A DNA stretch of 64,000 nucleotides, from the NCBI RefSeq assembly GCF_963921235.1, contig NC_086124.1:1612001-1676000 (forward strand), given 5' to 3'. Below the pieces are notes generated by a model that searched no databases, was not told the DNA's origin, and saw only the letters and a program-made list of their open reading frames with translations. The stretch comes from Mobula hypostoma (taxonomy: Eukaryota). This document shows, piece after piece, positions 46,298-58,700 of this stretch; position 1 is the stretch's first letter, and each line of letters starts with the position of its first letter. Both the position numbers and the translations under genes were made by a program.

Positions 46298-46545
46298 GGT
46301 TAGCTCAATGCTTTACGGTACCAACGACCCGGGTTCAATTCCTGCTGCTGTCGGTAAGGAGGTTTTACATTCTCCCCGTGACCACAAGGTGTTCCTCCCA
46401 CAGTCCCAAGACATACGGGTTGGTAGGTTAATTGGTGAATGTAAATTGTCCTGTGATTAGGTTAGGGTTACATCGGGTGTTGTTGTGTGATGCAGCTTGA
46501 ATGCTCAGAAGGGCCTGTTCTGTGCTCTATCTCAATAAATAAATA
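46298..46545 (+). mobile_element. HE1/V-SINE
   Basis: gggttcaattcc B box; cctcccacagtcccaagac core. Confidence 0.75.
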
Positions 46546-46696
46546 GGTCACCTCCTTTCCCCCGGGGAACAGGTGCAAATCATAGTTGCATCATCCTGTA
46601 AGTTGCATCATATTATGTTGTTGATGCAGTTTTAATAATTAATTTTCACCTGCCAAATCTGAGAGCCTTTACCCCTCTACCCAGTACAGCCAGAGT

Positions 46697-46731
46697 ATGG
46701 ATGCCCTCTGCCGTCTCATCAGTTACAGTCA
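46697..46731 (+). CDS. Novel gene, putative first coding exon
   Basis: agtATGg Kozak context, MDALCRLISYS(Q)|gtgagt; acceptor cctttacccctctacccag ending at 46684. Confidence 0.55.
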
Positions 46732-49700
46732 GTGAGTATCAGCGGATTTCTAAATTACTGGTCGCCACACTTCACGTACTCCTCTCGTGAACTGTCACAG
46801 TCACAGTGTTGACCACTAGGTAATTCTCAGCAGCAGGAATATTGACAGATTCTCTCCTTACCACCAACATATTATTACCTCAATGATTACTGTTGAATTT
46901 ATGGAAAGGTTTAATTATATGCTTGCTTCATCCTCTCTCTCAGTTCTCTAGTGATAGATGCCCTGGGAGACATTAATAGACCATCAGCTGTGTGTGCCTG
47001 ATGGCTGATGGCATCTGTGTAGAAGAACTATTGATGTACTGATTTGATATCCCAGTTCATTACTGAGAAATAAAATCAAATATATCTTGTTAGATAAAGC
47101 GTGAATGATGCAGACTTATCTTTGATGCCACATCGTATGAAAAAGATACTAAATTATATAAAGAATACTGGTCAATTGATAAGCATACAAATCTGTGAAT
47201 ACACTTTTTCAAATTACCTTATATTCAAAGGGAGTATTTCTAATGTGAATATGGGGTGTGTTTACAGTTTCAGCACACTGCTGAAGGAAATACATTCAGT
47301 GGCCACTTTATTAAATACCTCCTGTACCTACTAAAGTGGTCACTGAGTGTATATTTGAGGTCTTCTGCTGCTGTAGCCCATCCATTTCAAGGTTCAACAT
47401 GTGCATTCAAAGATGCACTTTGTAACACGTGGTTATTTGAGTTATTGTTGCCTTCCTGGCAGCTTGAACCTGTCTGGCCATTCTCCTCTGACCTCCCTCG
47501 TTAACAAGACATTTTTGCCAACAGAACTGCCGCTCACTGGAAGTTTTCACGTATTTTGCACCTTTCTCTGTAAACTCTGCAGGCTGTTGTGCATGAAAAT
47601 CCCAGGAGTTCAGCAGCTTCTGAGATACTCAAACCACCCTATCTGGCACCAACAATCATTCCACAAAGTCACTTAGATCACATTTCTTCCCCAGACTGAT
47701 GTTTGGTCTGAACAGCAACTGAATCTCTTGACCATGTCTGCATGCTTTTGTGCATTGAGTTGCTGCCACATGATTGGCTGATTAATTTGCATTAATGAGC
47801 AGGTGTGCAGGTGTACCTAATAAAGCATCCATTGAGTGTGTATTTCCTCTCTACAGATTCTTGGAGAGCATGTTTGAGGTTTCGATGTGCCCCGAGTCCG
47901 TGGAATTGAACAGAGAGAATGAAGGCCTTCCCAAAGATTGTGAAACACCTTCCGTTCGTACAAAACTGAGGAGATCTGCAGAGCAGAATAGAAAGTACAC
48001 ACGTGAGGCAAGTGACGCTAACTCAGCTTAACAGAGTGGAACCTTACAACATTGCAATATTGCTGCATCTCTGTCCAAACTTTGTTTAATGGACAAAATT
48101 GCTGGTGTGGCTTTGGAAGATGTAAATAATTCACCATCTAGCTTTGGTTTCATGACTTAACTGTCCCTTGGTAATTTTATTTCCATTCCTTATTCAGAAT
48201 AATTCTAGATTTTCACCAGAGATGTGGGTCATAGTATCTGTACAGCCATCATTAGATTCAACAGTAATGTCTCAAAACTTAATGGGTTTCTTTCAGATTT
48301 ATGTGAATCTGAGGAGAGTTAGTCATCAAGTCATAGAAAAGTACAGCACAGAAACAGCCCTTTGGCTCATCTAGTCTGTGCCAAACCATTTAAACTGCCT
48401 AGTCCCATTGATCTGCACCAGGACCATAGCCCTCCATATATCTACCATCTATGTCCCTCTCCAAACTTCCTTTAAACATTGAAATCGAGCTCATACCACT
48501 TGCGCTAACAGCTCGTTCCACCACCCTCTCACGTTCACCTTAAACTTTTCACCTTTCATCCTTAACTCATCTCCACTGGTTGTCATCCCACCCAACCTCA
48601 GTGGAAAAAAACCTGTTTGCTTTTACCCTATTTATACCCTCCTAATTTTGTATACCTCTCTCAAATCTCCCTTCAATCTTCTATTCTCCAAGGAATAAAG
48701 TCCTAACCTGTTCAGTTATCTGTACGACAATGTAGTTAATGGGATCAGCAGGTTTGCAGATGACACCAAGATTGGGGTTTAGTGGACAGTGAGGACAACT
48801 ATCAGAGCTTGCAGTGGAATCTGGACCAGATGGAAATATAGCGGATGAAATTTAAGTGTGAGGTGTTGTTCTTCAGTCCTCCAGTTCAGGCAAAATCCTG
48901 GTAAATTTTCTCTGTACATTTTCAACCTTATTTAGATCCTTCCTGTAGGTAAATGACCAAAACTGCACACAATACTCCAAATTAGGCATCACTAACATCT
49001 TATACAACTTCAACATCACATCCCATCTCCTGTATTTAATACTTCAATTTCTAAAGGCCAATTTGCCAAAAGCTTTCTCTATGACCCTATCTACCTGTGA
49101 CGCCACTTTCAATCAATTATGGATTGTTCCCAGATCCCTTTGTTCTACTGCACTCCTCAGTACCCGACTGTTCACCGTGTAAGAACCACCCTGGTTGGTC
49201 CTACTGAAGAACAACACCTCATACTTGTCTGCATTAAATTCCATCTGCTATTTTTCAGCCCTGTTTTTCCAGCTGGTCCAGATTCCACTGCAAGCTCTGA
49301 CAGTCTTTCTCGCTGTCCACTACACCCCGAATCTTGGTATCATCTGCAAATTGGCTGATCTGGTTAACTACATTGTCATACAGGTAATTGATATAGATAT
49401 ATATATAAATATATATAGATATCGATATAAGCAACACCACCAATCCCTGCGGCAATCCACTAGTCGCATGTCTAATCCAAATTACTGCCTCATCTTGAAT
49501 GCTAAGTGACTGATCCTTCTTGACCACCTCCCATGCAGGACCTCGTCAAACACCTTGCTAAAGTCCAAGTTGATAACATTCACTGCTCTGCCTTCATCCA
49601 CTTTCCTAGTAACTTCTTCAAAAAACTCTGTAAGATTGGTTAGGTATGATCTACCACGCACAAAGCCATGCAGACTATCCCTAACCAGTCCCTGTCTAGC

Positions 49701-52700
49701 CAAATACTCGTATATCCAGTGTCTTAGGATACTTTCCAATAACTTTCCCATTACTGGTGTCAGATTCACCGACCTATAATTTCACACACACAATTAGTGA
49801 TTCCTAGTACATTGTGCTTATTTTGACACAATTTTATATTCAAATTTGTTTTCAAATTACCTGTAAGCAAACAAGGTTGCATAATTTATACATTCTTTGA
49901 TAATAAATGTACCATGAATCTTTGAATATTTGAAAATTCTGAACTCAAGAGATTCTGAAGATGCTGGAAATCTTGAGCAACAAACACAAAATGCTGGCGG
50001 AACTCAGCCAGTCCCGATGAAGTGTGTTGGTCCGAAATGTCGGCCACTAAACAACCCCCCCCCCCATAGATGATACCCAACTTGTTGGGTTCCTCCAGCA
50101 TTTTATAACCATATAATCATATAACAATTACAGCACGGAAACAGGCCATCTCGGCCCTTCTAGTCCGTGTCAAAATCTTACTCACATCTAGTCCCACTGA
50201 CCTGCACTCAGCCCATAACCCTCCATACCTTTCCTGCCCATACAGCTGTCCAATTTAACTTTAAATGACAACATCGAACCTGCCTCAACCACTTCTGCTG
50301 GAAGCTCGTTCCACACAGCTACCACTCTCTGAGTAAAGAAGTTCCCCCTCATGTTACCCCTAAACTTTTGCCCTTTAACTCTCAACTCATGTCCTCTTGT
50401 TTGAATCTCCCCCACTCTCAATGGAAAAGCCCTATCCACGTCAACTCTATCTATCCCCCTTATAATTTTAAATACCTCTATCGAGTCCCCCCTCAGCCTT
50501 CTATGTTCCAAAGAATAAACACCCAACTTGTTCAACCTTTCTCTGTAACTTAGGTTAGGGTTAGAACCATTGTATCAAAGTGGGAGCAGAGGCATCTTTC
50601 CACCCCAATAAAACAGCCCTTCTGGCCAACAATGCAACAAATGCGATCACATGCTGGTCTGACACAGAAACACCATGAATACATTGAGGGACCACAGCAA
50701 ACAAAACTGTCAATCCACTAGGGTGAGTGATCCTACCTTTTTTCTTTGGAGGAATAAAGGAGTCTATTCCTTCATGCAAACGCGAGGAATTCTGCAGATG
50801 CTGGAAATTCAAGAAATTCAAGTCCTGACAAAGGGTCTCGTCCCGAAACGTCAACTGTACCTTTTCCTAGAGATGCTGCCTGGCCTGCTGCGTTCACCAG
50901 CAACTTTGATGTGTGTTGCTATTCCTTCATGGATCTGTTTTGTGTGTGTTGAAAAAATTCTGTTTCTGCTTTAAAGCTGTAGAATAAGACAGCATTTTGA
51001 ACTGTAACTTTATTTTAGAAAACAATCTTTACTATGTATTTTTAAGTACATAAGAATGTTAATGGGTAACAAATGCAGGTGACAATCAGTTTATCATAAA
51101 AGATGGCATTTAAATTGCGGTGTAAATCAGTCCATCTGCTGTGTGTACATTACTCTAAAAATACGCAAAAGAAAAGAGCAAAATGTTACATTCTGTCCGG
51201 GTAGTCGCCAACGTGATGAATATTGATGTGGGAGGAAACCAGAGCACCCAGAGGAAACCCACACGGTCACGGAGAGAATGTGCAAACTCCTTACAGACGG
51301 AGGCAGGAATTGAACCCCAATCACGGGCACTGTAAAGCGTTGTGCTAACTACTACATTCTCTCAGGAACACACTGACCACCCCGCTTCCATCCTGAACAA
51401 TATTGTTTGGATCCTGGGACGTTTCAACCAGTTCTAACCGTTGCTTCTCGTCTTCTTTTTGCACAGAAATGCATGGAATGCAACGGCTGTAAAGGAAACT
51501 ATCAGCGTTTAAAGAAAACGTATCAGGCGAGCTGGGAACAAACTCCCGCAATTAAATCTTGCAGGTATCTCAGCGCGTTGGGATTTTTGTCAACAAAGAG
51601 TTATATCGGTCTAATCTGGCAAATATCGTTAGTTACTGCAGGTGGCAACAAGCGTTCACAGAAATTTCTGAAATTATCATTTTCTTCTACTTTTGAATTT
51701 TTATTTTTAATTTCATTTTGTTGAGATACAGTGTGGAACAAACCCTTTCTAGCTGCGCTGCCCAGCAACCCCCGATTTAACCCTGGCCGAATCATGGGCC
51801 AATTTATAATGACCAATTAACCTACCAACTGGTACGTCTTTGGACTGTGGGAGGAAACCAGAGCACCTGGAGGAAACCCAAACGGTCACAGGGAGAACAT
51901 ACAAACTCCTTACAGATAACAGCATGAATTGAACCCGGGTGGCCTGTACTGTAAAGCGTTGTGCTAACCACTATGCCACCGTGAATGAAGTCATCTTAAG
52001 GTTGCCATAAGGAAATATTCAGGGATGCAAATCACTGGACAACAAATTTTTCAAAAGTGTTGCTTCCTCAGAATATTTTTGTTTTGTTTATGATAGACCA
52101 CTCAAAGCTCAACACAAATATAATGTCAGACTACTTGTGTCACAATTTGGAGAAACAAGAAATTAACTTTTATTGAAAACAATGAATTTAATTGCATAAC
52201 AGTGCTGATGCTTTGCAATAGTTCAACTAAGCTAAAATGTTTTATTGATGATTTTCATTTGTACTCAGTGTCTGAGGCTTATCACTAAAGTGTCCAACAA
52301 TAATTAGCCAGCATTGATGGACTTCAGTTGCCCTGATACTGTTTCTCTATGACTGCAATGAACTGGTGAAATCTTTCACCATGCTTGTCACTGACAGCAC
52401 CAGGGTTTTCAGGGAAGAAGAAAATGAATCTTTAGTGACATGTTGCACTACATAGTTTTGTATGCTTGAAGCATGTTGTCAACCAGCTGCACTTAATTTG
52501 ATACTCTGTAGTTGGCAAGAAAATTTTCTACAACATCCTTGAATGCCTTCCATCTGATTTTCTCCGGTCCCACTATAAGTTTTTAGAATTGCCTGTCATA
52601 GATGACCTGTTTGATTTCTGGACCAATAAATTTTGGCATCAGTTCTTCTGACTTGAATTATGAATTAATATAACAAATATAGGCGATTTTAAAAAATAGA

Positions 52701-55700
52701 GTGGATTAGGGAAATGTCATGGTGAATTTCATGATCAGCAGCTCAAAGTCCATAAGACGCACCCAGAGGTATTCAGGAAGGCAAAATCTTTGTTGTCCAG
52801 TGCAATTTTTGGGAATTGAGTTAGGTAAAGGAATATTTCTTTAACAGCGATCAGTCTTCATACAGGAATGAAAGACATGTTTCCTGAGACACTTTAGAGG
52901 AGTGTTACAGGAATGAAACGCATATTCCTGAGACATGAGTGTTATCAAACATGGAGTGTGATGCCAGGTCACGTTGGGAGATACTCGGGCAGATGACCAA
53001 AGGCTTGTTTGAAGAATTAAGAAGCAATGTGTGGTATCAGAGTGGTGGAGAGGTTTCGAGAGTCTCAGCTGCTGAAGACATGAATACCAGTGGGAGAGCA
53101 AATACACTCAGGCATGAAGCAGAGGCCAGAACTGTTGATATGCTGAAGGGTGCGGGGATGGAAGCTGGAAATGTGGAGGGCCGAGGAAAGCGAAAGGTTT
53201 CTATAAAAATAGGATAAGAAACTTAAAGACCTATTGAAGGCTCACGCCTGAAACGTCGACTGTTTATTCCCCTCCATTGATGCTGCCTGACCTGCTGAGT
53301 TCCTCCAGCATTTTGTGTGTGTTGCTCTGGATTTCCAACATCTGCAGAATCTATTGTGTTTAAGAAAATTAAAATCATGTTGTTGTGTAATTGGGAGCTG
53401 GAGTAAGTTGGTGGGCACAGGGTTCAAAGTTCAAAGTAAATTTATTATCAAAGTACATAACTATACCATAGACAACCCTGAGATTCATTTTCTTGTGGGC
53501 ATTTACTGGAAAAATAAAGACATACAGTAGAATTTACAGAAAAACTGTACATTAACAAAGACAGCTAATGTGGAAAAGAAGACAATCGGTGACAATCTGA
53601 GCAGTTCTCAGGATGGGTGAATTGGAGTCAGTTTGAACAAAGTTGTGCAATACCTCTGGTTATGGACAAGAGCCAGGAGGGTTGGTAGAGTTGTGTAACA
53701 CCTCAGGTAATAGACAGGAGGCAGAGGAGGGAGCCAGGGTGCTGGGAGAGAGGCCAGAGTTGTGCAATACCTCAGTTCATGGACAGGAACCAGAGACGCC
53801 AGGAGGGATGGTAGAGATGTGCAACACCTCAGGTAATGGTCAGGAGGCAGAGGAGAGAGCCAGGGATGCCTGGAAGGAGGCCAGTGTTATTCAACACCAG
53901 TTTATGGACAGGAGACTCAGGAGGGACACCAGAGTTGTGGAGCACCTCGTGTTATCGATAGGAAGTTGAGAAGCATGCCAGAGTTGTATAACACCTCAGG
54001 TTATGGACAGGAGGCTGAAGAGGGAGCCAGGGTGCTGGGAGAGAGGCCAGGGTTGTGCAATACCTCAGTTCATGGACAGGAGGCTTAAGAGGGACACCAG
54101 AGTTGTGGAGCACCTCGTGTTCTCGATAGGAAGTGGAGGAGAACGCCAGAGTTGTGTAACACCTCAGGTTATGGACAGGAGGCTGAGGAGGGACGTCAGC
54201 TGAGGAGGGACGTCAGCTGGGGGTGGGTATGGTCAAGTCTAGAGGTAATGTTCAAGGTGGAGAAGGGTTTCACTGGTCACTGAGCTGAGGGAGGGGTGGA
54301 TTCAGGTGATGGGCATTTGCGCTCAGAGCCGTGGTAATCTGATATCCACCTCCAACCAGTACGACAGCGACATTACAAACCAATTGCTTCATTTTCTAAT
54401 TGAGGCAAATTTCAAGGAGAGGGACAGAGTTGTGACAGTGATGGACATGGACATCTGCTTATCTAGATCACAATCCGAGTCTGACTCAACCTGCCAACTA
54501 ACCTTTAGGAAAAGGGAATCTTGCATAAGGGTCCCGTGTCCCTTTGCACATCAGATTTTTGAATTTTCTCTCCTCTTAGAAAATAGTCTACATTTTTATT
54601 CCTTCTACCAAAGTGCCTGACTGTACACTTCCTGACATTGTATTCCATCGGCCACTTCTTTGCCCATCTTCCTAATCTGTCTGAGTCCTTCTGTAGCCTC
54701 TCTGCTTCTTCAACACTACCTGCCCCTCCACCTAACTTCATATCATCCACTCCATGTCCAGCGAGAGCCTCTTTCTGCCTCCTCCCCATCCTGTGAGCTG
54801 CTTGGATCTTGCTCTTTTCATCAAGGACCAGCACAGACAGCAAACTTCATGCCGACCTTGCTGGGAACCCTCTTCAGCCGAACTCCACAGGGAATAGCCA
54901 CGTCTGCCGCCCTGTCCCTGCACTCCTGGACTAAGGTCTCGTACTTCAGGGCCTTCCTCACATGAGCCTCCTTGCACCCGTCCTCCCTTGGTACCGTGAG
55001 CTCCACCTGGATGATTTTCTTGTCTTCGGTGGGCCACAGTATGATGTCTAGTTGAAGTGCGGTTTGCACCACGTCTGAAAACTGCTGCTTCCTCCCCACA
55101 TCGACCATCACCTCCCACGATTTGGCAGTTTGCAGCAGATTGGATTTAGGCCTCTTTGATATATCTGGCATGACTCTTTCCTTGAAGGAAATGACTGCCC
55201 TGTTTGCCTCTCTGCCAGCTGGTCTCTTTTTACACCTCTACCGTTCCAGTGTGTCAGCAAGGGACATCAGAGCCTTGTCGTGGCACCACCTATACCGTCC
55301 TTGTGTTAAAGCTGTTTTGCATTGTGACAGTATGTGTAACAGTGAACCCTGCTGACCACAAAGCTTGCAGTTAGGGTCCTCTCTCAGCCCCCATGTGTGC
55401 AGCTGTGATGGTGCAGGGACACAGACTGCAGAAGGAAAGAAATGCGGAAGGGCTCCAGTCTCCAAAGATCTGCCCAAGTGCTGTTGTGCTTGGGAAGATC
55501 CCATTTCGTCCAGGTGACCTGTGGCCTCAACTCCACTGCCTTCGATACCTACCTTTCATCCTCACGGTTGTGTACCTCTGCCTGGACCATGTCATGCCTA
55601 TCCCTTGCATCTACACTCCCCCATCACTGGAAGAGTGCAGAGCCGAGGCCTCGCTGTCCCAGGCATGGGTTGCCAGTGATGTGTCTCAATTGCAGGGAGC

Positions 55701-58700
55701 TCGCTGCCTGGTCTGTGGCCGAGCTGGCGGCCCACTTTCAGCCCGACCTTGTTGCGACTGGCGCTTGGTCATCAGAGCCGCTCAGTGTTAGCACAGCTCT
55801 CACTCTGTGACACTGCTGGTATCAAACTGTATCGGTCTCTGCCATTCCTTTGGGTTCATCAGATGCATGGAGAGGGGGAGCTTGCTACATGGGCAACAAC
55901 TTGCTCTCCATATCGTACTGCCCAAACTTGCGTATCTAGACAGCTAGGATGCAGTATCCATGGTCAACTCTCACCTCACACCTTGTCACCTTGAACTCCT
56001 CCACTACCGATGACAACGGGAGCTGATCTTATGTAGAGCCCCACTGGAGGAAAACCTGGGGCATCCCCAGCCACCTCTACTTTCCTCTCGATGTCTCCTA
56101 CAGTGGTCATACACCGTGAAAAGCCAGACCATGAGCTTTCGTCGTGGCTATCCCTCAAGGTCGAGGATGATGATCTCCGTTCCGTACAGAGCGAAGATGC
56201 CTGTGCGTGTATTTGTTTAACGTGTACTTGATGTTGCTCTCCAAGAAGCACACAATACTTCACAAATCAACCAACTGATTCCAGTGGCGTGGAAACCACG
56301 ACGATTGGAGCTGATGGATTTGTTGCAGCCTTCATCCGCCTTCACAGCCGTTGAGTTCGAAGTAACTTCGTCCGCCTGTTCCACCGTTGAGGTCTTGGTT
56401 GGATTGTTCTTTGTCAGGGACCTCACCCTCGACCTTACCGCCATGGGTGACCCTACCAGGAGCATAGCTCCAGACGGAATCGCTCTCGGGATCACAGGAC
56501 CACACAAGCTTCTCCACCGCGACAAGGTGACAATCCACGGAGAAGGACCATGAGCTTTATTACACTTGTGAAGACTTAACAGGAATTTATTTGTATAAGT
56601 GCTTTGCTTTAGAGACAAGAATAAATCCTGTGACCTGTTCCTCAAAAGTTTCTAAGCTGTAATCAATAAAAATAAATTTGACCATCATCTGCCCTGATAA
56701 TTGTAAATCCAAGATTCAAGATTCAGGATGGATTATTGTCTTGTCCAGTACACAAGTGTAAAGGAGGCCAAAACAATGGTTAATCTGGATCCGATTAAAA
56801 AAAAACACAATAAATATAATTACATAAAATAGCTTAAATACACAGGTTGGTTGTATGTCCATGAAGTGACACTAAGCACAGGAGTGTCTGTACATAAGGT
56901 GACTCTGACAGGAAATGATAAACTAGTGGTGATTGAGGGTGTGGAGGGGTGGGTTAGTGGGTGGAGGTGTTGATCACCCTTACTGATTGTATAATATGAT
57001 TTACTATGCTTTTCATTTTTATATTGTTCTCCTTTAAATACTATATTATTAAACTACTAGGCTATATCTATACCACACTGTGCAAAAGTCTTAGGCACAT
57101 ATATATAACTAGGAAGTCTAAGACTTTTGTTCAGTACTGTAGTAATTTTTTGTATTGCACTGTTCTGCTGCTGCAAAAAAAGACAAATTTCACGATATAT
57201 ATGAGTGATGATTAACCTGATTCTGATATGAGTCTCTATTGTGGACTGAGAATGGGAAGGGGACAGGGAGAGGAGAATCATGGTTGGGAAAAGGGGAAGG
57301 GAGATGGGAGGGTGTGGGAAGCACCAGAGAGACATTCTGTAATGATCAATAAACTGATTGTTTGAAATCAAATGACTTTGACTGGTGTCTCAGGGCTGGA
57401 TGTGTCTGCACCCGCCCACCCCCCCCCGTCCTTGACATTCCCTCTCTGCCACCCATCCCACACCCCTCCCTTGGTGCTCCGCCTCCTTTTGCACAGTGTG
57501 TATGTATACACACACACACACACACACACACACGTTATAGAATGAGACAAGGAATACTAATGTCCAATAACCAATATCTGCATGTCTGTGTATTACTTAG
57601 TGAATATGGATTAATTTGCTGAGTGTTAGTGCAAGTTACTCTGTACATTTTACCAGTGAGGAGCGACTCACAGAAAAGCGATGTACTCTGATCAGTGGAA
57701 GGAAGCACACCAAGAAGACCGCGGATTACGATGATGGTAAGTCTGAGCCAGGGTTATGACCGGTGAGCCCCTGGGTAAGACCGGGGACTTTGATTGCTGA
57801 GACAAGGTTTTGATGATGGGCCATGGATAAGGTTATGAACTATGACTGGTCTATGATCATAAATAAGATGGTGAACTATGATTGGTTGCTCATGCACAAC
57901 ATCATAAATTATAAAACCTTAAGACACAGAAGCAGAATTAGGCCATTCAGCCCATAGAGTGTTTTCTGTCTTTTGATCATGGCTGATTTATTATTCCTCT
58001 CAACTCCTTACTCCTGCCTTCTTCTTGTAACTTTTGATACCCTTATTAGTCAAGAACCTCTCAGCCTCTGCTTTGAATATACCCAGTGACTCGGCTCCAC
58101 AGCCACCTGTGGCAATGAATTCCACAGATTCACCACCCTCTGGCTAAAGAAATTCCTCCTCATCTCTGTTCCAAATTGTGATGGTGGTGGGTCATACAGA
58201 GGTTATAAACTATGAGTGGTGGTTTCACAGATCCACCACTCTCTGTACCCTTTTCGGTTCCTGGGTATTGGTGTTTGAATTCCAGGCTGTGACCCTGTCA
58301 GTTAGGATACTCCCCATTGTGTTTCTATATCTGTTCCATGCGAGGTTGCGGGAATTGCTGTGTCGAACGGAGCCAATGAGGGAGTCCACGTCGCTCCATG
58401 TCTCTGCAGATATTGTGTCTATGGTAACCCACATCCTGAGGTGTCTCCTGGTGTAGACCTAACTCTTCCCCTGGAGCTGAGTCTGGAGACTTACTACACA
58501 GGAACTTAGTCCAGAGGCACGAAATTGCTTAAAAGATTACATCACTTCCAAAACCATTTTTTTCAGTAATTTTCAGTTTTCTTCCAAATAAGTTGATAAA
58601 TAAATTGATAAATTAGTTTATTCATTAAGGTGCATTTTTAAAAACTTTGTTTTGCAGGTCATTTATACAGATTGTTTAATCAAAGTAAATCTTAGTATCA

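Noticed and set aside
39950-54218. Regularly spaced repeats as CRISPR-like arrays
   Set aside because: Vertebrate DNA; the intervening sequences are themselves repetitive rather than unique spacers, and there are no cas-like genes.
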